The notes beneath the pieces were generated by a model. The model saw nothing but the letters and a program-made list of their open reading frames with translations, was not told where the DNA came from and did no database searches. Made by a program: the position numbers and the translations under genes. Below are positions 12,796-24,077 of a stretch of 64,000 nucleotides of DNA, in pieces. Positions within the stretch are counted from its first letter, which is position 1. Each line of letters opens with the position of its first letter. The stretch comes from Okamejei kenojei. Lineage: Eukaryota. The DNA lies in contig CM069142.1 of NCBI GenBank assembly GCA_035221665.1, forward strand, positions 17,608,001 through 17,672,000. The letters run 5' to 3'.

Positions 12796-13514
12796 GTAGT
12801 GGTGTATTGTGCAGCAGAATTTTTTGAAATGTCAGGTTTACTCATTCTTAGTAGTACACAGGAACAAATGTGTACACGTCATGCAAAATATATTGTTTAT
12901 TTTTAAAAGTCAACTGCCAAATTATCTCACAGGAATGTGATAACATGCTGAGAGGACCTGCATTATACTTAATATATGTGTAAATGGATAACATTATAAC
13001 CACTGATTTCAAAGATCTCAATTGGCAGTTTGTAACACAATTACAAATTAGCATTTTTTTTATTGTTATTGGACTGGAGTTTAACTTGCATGCAGTTTTC
13101 TTCCTTTTTGAGATAGTTGTACCTTAAAATGACTACCTCACAGCCATTAACATTTCAATGTTGACAGATCAAAGATATCGTATAACAATTCTGACCTCTG
13201 CTCTCATATAATCTGACCTGTGTATTATTGAAACACAGCAACCCTTCTAATTGAGCATAAACTCCAATGAAACAATAATGAAAAATAATGATGAGCCTTC
13301 ATTTCTGATTAATGCTCACTGACTTCACTTTAAACAGGAGATGAGGCACAAACTCTGCAACAGCAGGGCCACATTGCATTAATTAGAAATTAATAGCTTT
13401 GCTTTTTTTGTTATCATGCAATGCTTTGCATCATTTGAAATAAACGTGCTATGAATTATTCCAGCAGTGTATGGGACTCCGTCTGGCATTCAAATTGTCT
13501 TCAGGTGCCAGCCC

Positions 13515-13770
13515 GAGGAAGGCTGACCTCTATTTGCTAATGTCAGACACCAGGGTGTTGGATATCTCCTCTTGCTTGCCCCTTGGTCATGACCCCATGG
13601 ACAAACACCAGGCCACTATCTTATGTGTATCTCCCCTCCACAGCCTCTAACACAGTTCAGTTCCCCAATCCCGTACTGCCTGTTTCTACCTCCTTCCCAA
13701 AATCCACAAACAGGACAGCCCGGGCAGACACATTGTTTGAGCCCGTTCCTGTTCCATCGAACCCCTCTCC
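13515..13770 (+). mobile_element. Penelope-like RT fragment
   Basis: Translates VPQSRTACFYLLPKIHKQDSPGR, homologous to QPRTARFYLLPKIHKPDCPGR at ~40520-40580. Confidence 0.8.
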
Positions 13771-13774
13771 AAAT

Positions 13775-14080
13775 GCACAGTGGCGCAGCTGGTGGAGCTG
13801 TGGTCTCATGGTGCCAGAGACCCAAGTTCAATCCTTGCCATGGGCGCTGTCTGTGGGGAGTTTGCATGGGTGTCATTGTGTGGGTTTCCTCTGGGTGCTC
13901 CTGTTTCCTCCCACATCCCAAAGCCCTGTGTACATATGTAGGTTAATTGGCGTCTGTAATTTGAAGGGAGCGGATGAGAAAGTAGGATAACATAGAACTA
14001 GTGTGAACTAGGGATCGATAGTTGGCATAGTCTCGGTGGGCCGAAGGGCCTGTTTCCATGCTGTATCCATAAACTAAACT
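13775..14080 (+). mobile_element. V-SINE (HE1-like), near full length
   Basis: A-box-like GTGGCGCAGCTGGT, B-box-like AGTTCAATCC, V core GGGTTTCCTCTGGGTGCTCCTGTTTCCTCCCACA, CR1-type tail GGGCCGAAGGGCCTGTTTCCATGCTGTAT and (AAACT)n. Confidence 0.88.
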
Positions 14081-14749
14081 GTGTCGATTTTGTCTTGTGT
14101 CCTCCGTCGCACTCCCATTTGTCCAGTTCCTTCCCACCTACATCACTTCCAGCATCTGCAGTTCCTTGTGTCTCTGTTCAAATTATCTTCATCAGGCTTC
14201 AACTTAATATCATTGCCACAATGATTTTGAGGAGAAGAATCTTAGCCTAATAGAAAGGTAGTATTCTGAACCATCGCTTTTACTTCACCACACAGTGGCC
14301 TTGGAAAGAGGGGCAGAATGTGGTTTGCTGGAGTGGTGCCAGGGTGTGTGCGTCTAGCTCCACCTACTGAAGTCCAGGTGATCTGCCTGGCAGGAGCCTG
14401 TTTAACGGGAACCTACAAACTCGCAGCGAGCCGGGCTCACAACGCAACAAAACAGAAGTCTCCTCGATGTGTGTGCCTCCCCATTTTATATCAATCACTG
14501 AAACAGAATCAGTGATATTGCGTTACTCTCTCGTTACTTGGGGTCGCCGTGATGTACAATTCACAATTATTGACAGAAAGAAAGGGAATAAGCATTTATC
14601 CTTAATTATATTATTTTACACCCGTTCTGTGTATTTTTGATTGGGACATACCGATGCGAGGAGCATTTTTCTGCAAGGATTAAAGTGGGGATGCCCCAGC
14701 CGGCTCTGGTTACTCTGTTAACCTGTAGCCTGGCACAAACTATCTTCTC

Positions 14750-15170
14750 ACTGCACATGCTCACTCTGGTGTTGGAGGAGACGTGCATCGGCAGTGAACT
14801 ATTGGCAGGGGACGATGTGGTGTCGGAGGCGGGGAGCGGCCGCCCGCAGGACGGCTCGGGTGTGAGTCGCGGCTCCGGGGGTTGTTGGTAAATATCACGC
14901 CGCGGTTCCCAGTGTGACGGGCGGGCGGGCGGGCGGTGCGGGGCACTGGGGCTGCGGCCGGCCGGCGCTGCTGCTGCCGCTGCTGCTGCTGCCTCTGGAT
15001 ACTGGCGCTTGGCGCGGCTGCCCATGCACTTACACAGCTCTCTCTGCCTCTGTCCCTCCCTCCCTCCCTCCCTCTCGGTGTGAGATGCTCGCTCAGTGGG
15101 CAAGAAGTTTGAAACGGAGCAGACTTTCTTTCGTGAGCAGTGCTCCTGCACTCTTGCCCGCACATTGAGG
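14750..15170 (+). promoter_or_regulatory. CpG/GC-rich island, putative promoter with first exon (candidate + strand donor at 14861|14862)
   Basis: High CpG density against an AT-rich background; NRF1-like TGCACATGCTCA at 14752-14763; GGGT|GTGAGT donor followed by G-rich sequence and GC boxes (GGGCGG repeats). The strand is inferred; a minus-strand GTAAGT also exists near 15027-15032. Confidence 0.6.
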
Positions 15171-15178
15171 GATCTGAT

Positions 15179-15470
15179 CTGTTTTAATGGTTCATTTTTT
15201 TCCCCCAAGAAGAAGGCTCTTTGACCCATCGAGGCAATGTTTAATCTTGTCTTAACATTGATGGGTATAACATGTTTTAATGGCTCATTTTCCCCCCAGA
15301 AAAAGGCTCTTTGACCCATCGAGGCAATGTTTAATCTTGCCTTAACATTGATGGGTATAACCTGTTTTAATGGCTCATTTCCTCCCCGAAGAAGGCTCTT
15401 TGGCCCATCGAAGCGATGTTCACCTTTGCCTGAACAAGAAGGGATATAATTTGGTTTAATGTTACATATT
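15179..15470. repeat. ~90-bp minisatellite, ~3.2 copies
   Basis: The unit TGTTTTAATGGYTCATTT...AAGGCTCTTTGACCCATCGAGGCAATGTTTAATCTTG... starts at ~15179, 15272, 15361 and (partial) 15451. Confidence 0.9.
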
Positions 15471-18400
15471 TCCTCAGAAGAAAGTTGGCTTCTTGTAAAA
15501 GAGTTTGGCCCATGAGTCTATGTTAACTTGTAGCCTGACACAAACTATCTTCTTACATAAAGCAATCCATATTCAAACCCCCTTCCCCCTCCAATATTTT
15601 TCCCTGGAACCCACTCTCCCCAAATGACCATCAGTTCCACTATCCCTTGATAGGAGGAGCAGTTAATAATTGCAGATTAACCTGTCAACCTCCTTGGGTT
15701 GTGTGAGGAAACAAGGCATCAGGAGAAAACTCAATGTTTCTGAGGGTGCTCCGTACAGGCAGCAATGGGGATTCAAGACTGAGGCTGAAGCTGTGAGATA
15801 ACAACACTAACAGCTGTGCCATTATGTGCCCAATGTGCTGAATACTGGAAAAACTGTTCTTGGTTCAGTAATTACATCATCGGAATTCCTGGTCACTCTT
15901 AAAGTTGAGGTTCAGTGTTTTGAGGTGCATCAGGATTGTCACTGCAGATGTACACCTGTTCTGATTGAGATTACAAACTTTGATGATCCAGATGCATAAC
16001 AAATGTTATTTTGTAATCGGGCATTCCTAATGCAGGTGACCGGCCAAACTCGAGCAGTAATTTACTTGCACTGCTCTCCAATTATGTACCGTGTTGTCGC
16101 TGTCTTCACAGTTCTTTGTGTTGGCACGTCAGAATTTGAATCATTTGCAAGGACTAATTAGGTTTTCTTTGCCGGTTGGCGCTCTTTCTGGAAGGAACTG
16201 ATTGCGCAAGCACCAGCTGTCCTCTAATAACTTACCCAAGGATGGTTTCTGGTCTGTAAGCTGTTGCGTTATCAGATGGTTGTTTGATTGTGTGCGTTAC
16301 AGTGCCCAAGCTTTGTTTGGTATCTCACCATCCAGGTACCCTGAAAGGGAAGCCATATTCTCACACAAAGCAGGACCAAATTTGACAGAGCGACACAACA
16401 TTTTCCCACAAACTTGAAATGTCTGTGGGAAAATCTTTTGGGCTCAAGCTGTCTTTAGGCACGAAGGCACAGGTATCAGATGATGCCTGTTTCCGGCCAT
16501 GCCTATGGGTTATGCCACAGCTGCCTAGTGGGTACTTCTTTCAGCTCAGCAGTTGTGGAAGGCCATAAAACGGGCCAGTCCCCATACAGAGAGAATTAGC
16601 AGATTGAATCTGGGTTTTGGAAGCCAGTTTGCACCGTCAGTAGAATTTTCGAGGAGCTAGAGTAGAAGCTTGTTCCTCCGAAGCATCTCAAAGATAAACC
16701 ATTTGTTGTACACTACCTGCCAGTCTCTCACATAGCTCTTCCCACAGCTCCTGTTTCCCTTCTCTATTGACTGTGGCAAATCATGATTATTAATAGGAAG
16801 AATGTATTAGATTTCCTCTCTACCTTGCGCTCACGTAAGCCACAATTTTATGAAATTCATCCTGCAATTTAGGAAAAGCTTTTATCATTGGACAATTATC
16901 TGAAATGCCCCCCAGCAGTGTCGTTGTCAGGCAGGTAGATGTCAAACGCCGATACGGGGATACGATCAGAATATTAAGCAGCCTTCAGCCTGATCAGGCA
17001 GGTGTCCTGCGTGTCTGTTTACAGGTCTGTCTGAAAGCTGAATCAATGCACATTTGATGCATGACAAATTGCAATCACCCCTCATAATTTTCAACCTCCC
17101 AGATGCTTGCTTTTCAGGTGATAACTGACTGCTGGTGTTTGAAACTGCCAGAAACATGGCTCTGTTTCAGCAGAAACATGATCCTTAGCCAGTGTCTCCA
17201 GGGGCAAATGAAACTGTTACCCACCACAACCTTGGCAATGATCAGATAACTCTGCACCTGATTAAGCTTGGGAGAGCTTTTTGTCAGCTTGGAGTATCAC
17301 CTGCACATGGCTGTGAGACTGAGAGCTCAACAGCATTTCGGCAAGAGTTTTTGTAGGTGGCGAGCAGTGTAATCAGGAAGAGTAAAAATTATTAATCTAT
17401 ATAATTGATCCTGTTGCTTGCTGTCGACTGGCAGGGTTGGAGAGTGGGAGAACACTGTGACTATGGGACTGTATCATACTGCAGGTTAATTAGTTGATGG
17501 AGGTCTTGGACCATACACTTGTGGATTGGCCATGTCAATACACATTGGTCATGCAGATTCAGCTAGGAAGTCTCTAAGAATCAAGGATAACTTGTAAGGA
17601 TTTTGTGGGCTGTGAGATGATTAGAAAACCCAATTTTGGACTGACAATATCCTCCACAGAAGGGACATATGGAGGCCAATGGGATGGTGGGTGGGTAGTT
17701 TTTGAGTTGGTCCACATCTTCCACTTTATACCCAGGACCTCCATGTTGTTGACGCTGTTCTGAATGCTCCTTAGCCACTTTGAATAATCACTTTGTATGT
17801 TGTGGCTCAGAATAGGGCCTGTTATAGAAATCTGGCTATGGAAAGGCAAGTGGTGTTGATCCCGCAATAATGGACTGAGTGCATCTTGGAAATGGTTTCT
17901 GGGTATGTTGAAACTTCATGTGTGTGGCCAGTGATCAGGGGACACTGACATGGTAAAGTATGAGGGAAGAGGGAAGTGGCAGGGGTCATCGAGGGTGCAG
18001 ACAGAGCCCGGGATCAGGAACTTGGTCAAATGAGTGCTAGTGTTGGTGATTAGGGATGGGGTAACAGTGGGATGTGTGGCCTGTGCAGAGTGTTGGTTAG
18101 AGATAGGGTGAGGGGTGTGGATGGAGCTAGGGATTAATGGTCAGGGACAGGGTGAGGGGCTGTGGATGGAACCAAGATTTGGGTATCAGGGATGTGCTGA
18201 CATTTGTGGCCTGATCGGGGGATGGCAGTGAGATAAGCAGACAAAGCCGAGAGTTGGATATGTGATGAGGGGTGAGATGAAAATCAATAGTCGGGATCGT
18301 GGCTAGACACAAAGAGCTGGAGTAACTCAGCGGGTCAGACAGTATCTCTGGAGAAAAGGAATGGGTGACGTTTCGGGTCGAGACCCTTGGGATCGGGGGT

Positions 18401-20714
18401 TGTGGTGAGGGGTGTGGTCATACTGTGGAACAGAAACAGGACTTGTTTGGGGACTGGTTGCCAAGTTTAGATGGCAGCATGAGCAAGTAATGGCTGCGAT
18501 GCGTGGAAGGAGGAAGGGAACAAGGCTCTATTGTCTGAGCCCACATTTGTGTGACAGTGCATGCGTGTGTAAGTCAGCGTACACATTCTTTGCAGCATCT
18601 GTACTTGTGAGCATGAATCCCCATCTTGCAAAGCTTGGCCTACAGATCTCTGGGATTCCAGGCCAAGACTTTGCTCTGTGTAGCTCCCAGGTTGGCTGGA
18701 CTGCGATGGTTATTCCACTTTAAAAGGCATCCTCTACTGGCAGCTTCCACTCCACAATACAGGCAGACCTGGTCAACTTGGATTTCACTGTTACCCCCAG
18801 TCTTGCTGGCATTAGGAACGTTTCTTGGAGGGTAACTGGATGTAAATCCTAAATATTATAAACAATACTCCACATCTGCCGATGCTTTATACATTTATAG
18901 CATGCCTTCCTTCATGCTGTACTTCATGAGCTTGTTATTTATAAGGCAATTTAAATGTTGGTTTGTGCCAGAACGTTTTGGTGAGTGAACAGCATGGGGC
19001 TTGGGTAAACACGCTATAGTCAAAGTGTTTACTGGCCATCATGATGGATGTTAATGCTTCTGTGCGGTAACACATCCTCCTCCAATTCATTCAGGAAATA
19101 ATGTATTAGATGGAACGCAATGTTGAGGGGGAGGTGGGGAACAAAATGATCTGTGGAATTAATTGTTTTAAAACCTGTTGGCCAGTAGCAAGTTGAAGAA
19201 TGTTTTATAAAGCTATCTTCAGACATTGGTGGCCTCGTGACCTGTGATATTCAAATTAAAATTTCCATCCTGGGTGATCTCTTCCTGGTTTTAATTAAAA
19301 TGTATTCATAATGTAGAAACAGTGGAGACGGAGGCAGCATTCAGTTATAGCAGATATAGGGAAAGTTTAAATGGGTACAGCTTGCCTTTAAGGAAATTGT
19401 CAATTCCATTGTAAATGCAATGATGATTCATATCTAATTATACATGATCTCCTATCTTTCGAAGAAATTCAGTTGTACGATTCTGACAGGTAATTGTAAA
19501 CATTTTACTGCCAAAGTAATGCATTAATGAATTTACAAAAGCTCTTTTATTCGGCAGCAGCTAATGGAATTAGACATCTCAGTGTTCTTGTAGACTTAAA
19601 TTGCCTTTTTTTTCTTTTTGGTGTACTCAATTCAATATTTCACACAATGTTTCAGACAAGTATTTAGGAACACGACACAAGGAAATGCTTTCAGAATCAT
19701 TCAACAGAGAATGCATGTTCTTCAATAGGGTTGACATAGTTGCAATATTATCAGAATGTCATATTGAGTTATTGAGCTTGTAATTTGAGCAAGATTGTTT
19801 GATTTAACATCAAATTGGCCTAATTTGGCCAGCTTGTTTATCAAACTTAATTTAAGTAGAAATTTGTAAGAAGGAACAGCAGATGCTGTTTTAAACCGAC
19901 GATATACACAAAAAGCTGGAGTAACAGCGGGACAGGCAGCATCTCTGGAGAGATGTTTCAAGTCGTGACCCTTCTTCAAGTTTGTGTGTTAGCATATAAC
20001 TTCATTTTATTTTGTCTTGATAGTGTGAGAAAACCGATATTCAAGTTCCTCCCTTCAGAGTTGTAAATATGTTTATTGATATTTGGTCAAGGCCAGAAAA
20101 ATGGGGAAATGGCGAACTGAGGGTTTTCTTGTGTCAGTATAAATATTAACAGAAAAGGTCATGGAAGCAGACGGTATGGATCCTCATGAAATGTCATGGA
20201 TCCACAGTACTGAGGAACCTGTTGCATTAACAAACTCGCAAAGCTCATTGGCAAGCAGACTGCACGAGATAACTGGATCTGCAATGCCCTCGGAGGATTA
20301 AATTTTGATATTCAAAAGTGGGTGTATACCTTGTAAATATGCCATCCGGAAAGCATTTCTGAACGTATTCTGCCTCACAAATTCATCAGTAATCTTTTGG
20401 ATGTTATTGTATCTTATTTTTTGTTTGACACTGCAGTCTCCAGCTCAAAGATTAAATCACTGCAGGCAGAAGTGGGTGGAATTTAATAGCAAAGAAATGT
20501 TAGATCTTATCTTAAGATCTTATGAAATTGCATCCATGTCGTGGTTTAGAAAGGCTGGTCATCATGGTACTGGCAATTTTTATTCAGAAAGCATACACAA
20601 TTAACTAGTTGCAAGCAGGTCCTCAGATTTGGGTATTAGATATATTTTATGAAGCAAGGAATGAAATCTTGGTAAGCAGCAATTTGAAGATTATTCAGTT
20701 CTATTTGTCAGCTT

Positions 20715-20992
20715 TTTTTGGAGATACAGCAGGAAAATTGACCCTTCGGCCCAACTAGTCCATGCCAACCATTGGTCCCGCTTTCACACTAGTTCTAGTG
20801 TTTCTCATGCATCCCCCAAAAACTAGAAGCCAATTAACCTACAAACCCCACACCTTTTTGGGATATGGGAGGAAACTGGAACATCCGGAGGAAACAGGGA
20901 GAACATGCAAACTCCACACAGACACCACACAGTCAATATCGAACCTGGGTCTCTGCCGCAGCAACCCTGCCAGCTGCGCCACTGTGCCACCG
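20715..20992 (-). mobile_element. V-SINE (HE1-like)
   Basis: AGAAGCCAATTAACCTACAAACC...GGAGGAAACTGGAACATCCGG...CCAGCTGCGCCACTGTGCC family match. Confidence 0.85.
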
Positions 20993-21834
20993 TAATTATT
21001 GTAAATGGCAACAATTTTCCATTACAACAATGACGATTAATTGGAGAACAAAGATAGGTACCGTTTTTGGTTGGGATCCTTCTTGCGGGAAGAGCGTCCT
21101 GACCCTAGAAGTCACCTATCCATATTCCCCAAAGATGCTGCCTAACCTGCTGAGTTACTCCAGCACTTTGAGTCTTTTTTTTTGTAAACTAGCATCTGTA
21201 TCCTTGCTTTGAGTTACTATTAATTGTCTGCAAGCGTTTTGGAACTTTCTGAAGTCATCGAAAGCACTAAAATACATATACTTATTGTCAACGATGCTCA
21301 TATTCTGAAACAGTTTTAATGCTGGTATTAAAAGGTAATACTGCTCCTGGATTTTTGCCTTTTCTGATACAGCTGGAGCAATGCTGGCTGTTGGCTATAA
21401 AGAACTCTTGTTAATCTATGCAAGGGAGCATGCCAGACATTTGGCCTGTCAGTTTACAACATGAGAAGAAATGCAGGCATTTTGCTGCTGTTCAAATTAG
21501 ATCTGAAAGACGGGAGACAGCTTCAATTCTACACGATCGTGTATCAGTTGTCTTGAAAGCAGAATGTGATAAGCCACCTTTAGCTGCTTTTGATCGTGAA
21601 AATCTTGTAAGGCAAAGCAGTATAATGTAGACTGTCATACTGGTTTACTTACGCTGTGGACTATGCTGATGGGAAAACTGTTCGGCACGCATTTCTTAGC
21701 TGTCTGTATTGGAGAATGTTTGGAATTTTCCCAAACTCAGCCAGATATATGGCAGAGATGCTTTATTTTGCCTGAGGTAAAAATGTACTCCACCTGTTGA
21801 GAACAGTGCCAATGTGATATTAGTTGAGATTCAG

Positions 21835-22150
21835 TCAGTTTAGTTTATTGTCACGTGTACCGAGGTACAGTGAAAAGATTTTGTTGTGTCCTATCCAGTC
21901 AGCAGAAAGATAATACATGATTACAATCGATCCATTTACAGTGTGTAGGTACATGATCAAGTAATAACATTTAGTGCAAGGTAAATCCAGCAAATTCCGA
22001 TCCACGATTGTCCAAGGGTCATCAAAGAGATTGATAGTATTTAAGCACTGCTCTCTGTGGTAGGATGATTCAGTTGCCTGATAACAGCTGGGGAGAAACT
22101 GTCCCTGAATCTGGTGGAGTGTGTTTTCACATTTCTATACCTTTTGCCTG
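21835..22150 (-). mobile_element. Rex1/Babar-type 3' end
   Basis: TTTATTGTCACGTGTACCGAGGTACAGTG (3' end in reverse) and CCTGATAACAGCTGGGAGAAACTGTCCCTGAATCTG (reverse complement of an RFRDSFSPAVIRQLN-type C-terminus). Confidence 0.7.
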
Positions 22151-22915
22151 ATTCTTTGATATTCCATGAGAAAATTGCACTTCAAAGCTTATTATCAAGA
22201 CTACTTGCAGAAGGTACTGAGGGGCTGAATGGTGCTCTTGAAATCTGTGCACAACAGAGCAATAAATTGAACATGAAAATTACTGATCCACATGGAGAAT
22301 TAATGCATGACAATAGAGCTGTGAGGCAGAATATATTGCATTCTATGAATAATCAGTTAGCAAAATCATCATTATAATCCTTAAATTAATTCGACAAAAT
22401 ATTTCCATTCTCATCCCATTGGAACTTGGGAAGAGCATTGTGATCTGTTGGATTCCCCTTTGAGTTTTGGCTTATTCCCCACTTTGACTACTTTATTTAC
22501 CCCATGGACACTGAAGATTCAAGCTAACATTAGCTGACATAGTAAAGACTAAGAATCTAATTAGTACAATTGAATTGTAAAACACTGAGCTTTCAAGGGC
22601 GCATGTTAATTTTTTGAAGTGAACAAGTTGCAAAGTTGGAAACAAAACAAATTAGCAAGCCCAGTCAGGAAATGTATGTGTAGGTGCCACTTGTCCAAGG
22701 GACAAATGACTGAAACAGCAAAGAGATGTAATATATGTTGGTGATACCAAGTTTTATTATGTATATGTTTTTAACGTTGAGAAATCTTCTTTGTGTCGTT
22801 GTATGATCAAAAATTATTTGAGAAATAAATATTTAGATGTAAAATAATTGAATATGCCAATTGTAAATGGGCTTTATTAACTAAAACAAATCTTTTAACC
22901 ATATATGCTTTTCAG

Positions 22916-23007
22916 GTGCATTATTATGTGTCTTCAGTCCAAAGGGGAAATGTGATGAGTCCTTGTGAAAATTGGACAATTTTGGGTGTAGGATGAAAAC
23001 ATCATGA
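22916..23007 (+). other. Candidate 92-nt spliced exon (5'UTR-like, ending in ATG-A)
   Basis: Branch-like TTTTAAC, acceptor TGCTTTTCAG|G, donor CATGA|GTAAGA, and an ATG at 23004 with A at -3. Supported by motifs only. Confidence 0.35.
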
Positions 23008-23547
23008 GTAAGATTCTTATGTGAATGAGGAAAGTGCAGTTATGTACATCAAGCTGGGAACAATCATGCAAACGCAGGATTGAAAATAGGGGCAAAAGTA
23101 AGGTGGCATATTGACCACACTGACTTCCAAAAGCAGATTAAACCCCAAATTAGCCTAACTGCATTTAAAATATGATGTCCCAGATATAAGCAATTTAATA
23201 TGGTGTCGATAAACATTCATGATCATGAAATGAAGCATTGGCTCAAGAACAAATCTGCCCTTCATATTTCCATCTATTTCTTTGTAAGCTTACTGTATAT
23301 GTTAGTGGTTTTGACAAAACGAATGCAAGAGGTACAAATCCACACCTACATGGTTGTAGATGTTCCTGAGGATAAGACTTTACGTAGAACTGTTGCATGA
23401 AGTTCCCTAATTTTAAAATATGACACAAGGTACTTGACATTATATAGCAGGTATATAGATTTTCTGTAATAGCATAATATGGTAAATAGAATTGTGGTGT
23501 GGGTGTAACACATTTGATGGAGCTGTAATACATTTAACCAATGCAAA

Positions 23548-23698
23548 TGTGTAAGAAGTAACTGCAGATGCTGGTTTACACCGAAGATAGACACAAAATG
23601 CTGGAGTAACTCAGCGGGACAGACCCAAAACATCACCCATTCCTTCTCTATAGAGATGCTGCCTGTCCCACTGAGTTACTCCTGCATTCTGTGTCAAA
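23548..23698. mobile_element. Fold-back Penelope-derived short element
   Basis: Inverted arms GACACAAAATGCTGGAGTAACTCAGCGGGACAG / CTGTCCCACTGAGTTACTCCTGCATTCTGTGTC; flanks AATGCAAATG / AATACAAATG. Confidence 0.75.
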
Positions 23699-24077
23699 AA
23701 CAATAATACAAATGATTTATTAACTGCAAGATTGGATACCACTGTTTGAAGAATGCATCACATGCTGTTAAAGAGAAATACTTACACATTGTTCATTGTT
23801 CTGTGTGATCAACATGACACTAATAGTTTTAAATTGTCTTGCAACCTAATTGTGTTTGTAGAGGCAACAATTTGGTTTATCCTCAGTTATTTATAAAACA
23901 GTATAAACTAGTGCTGACAACAATCAGATTATTTGATTGCTTGATTAATTAATGTTAGAAGTTGATCCAGTGGGTGACATGAGTGGCTATTTCCTGCATC
24001 CGCACTCTGAGTATAGGTCTTCCCACCTCACCTGGCATAATTACAAAGTGAGAAATTGTCATCTGCAAGGGGAATGG

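Noticed and set aside
13775-13850. tRNA gene
   Set aside because: The A/B-box-like motifs belong to the head of a multi-copy V-SINE; no cloverleaf is evident.
14606-15319. 237-aa minus-strand ORF with poly-Ala
   Set aside because: It starts inside the minisatellite and runs through a GC-rich island where stops are rare; no recognisable domain.
10190-15556. 36-bp direct repeats as CRISPR-like repeats
   Set aside because: Each sequence has only two copies, spacing is 575-805 bp, the two pairs are unrelated, there are no cas genes, and the context is vertebrate.
20160-20302. Short ORF MEADGMDPHEMSW...
   Set aside because: About 46 aa, no homology recognised, weak splice signals.
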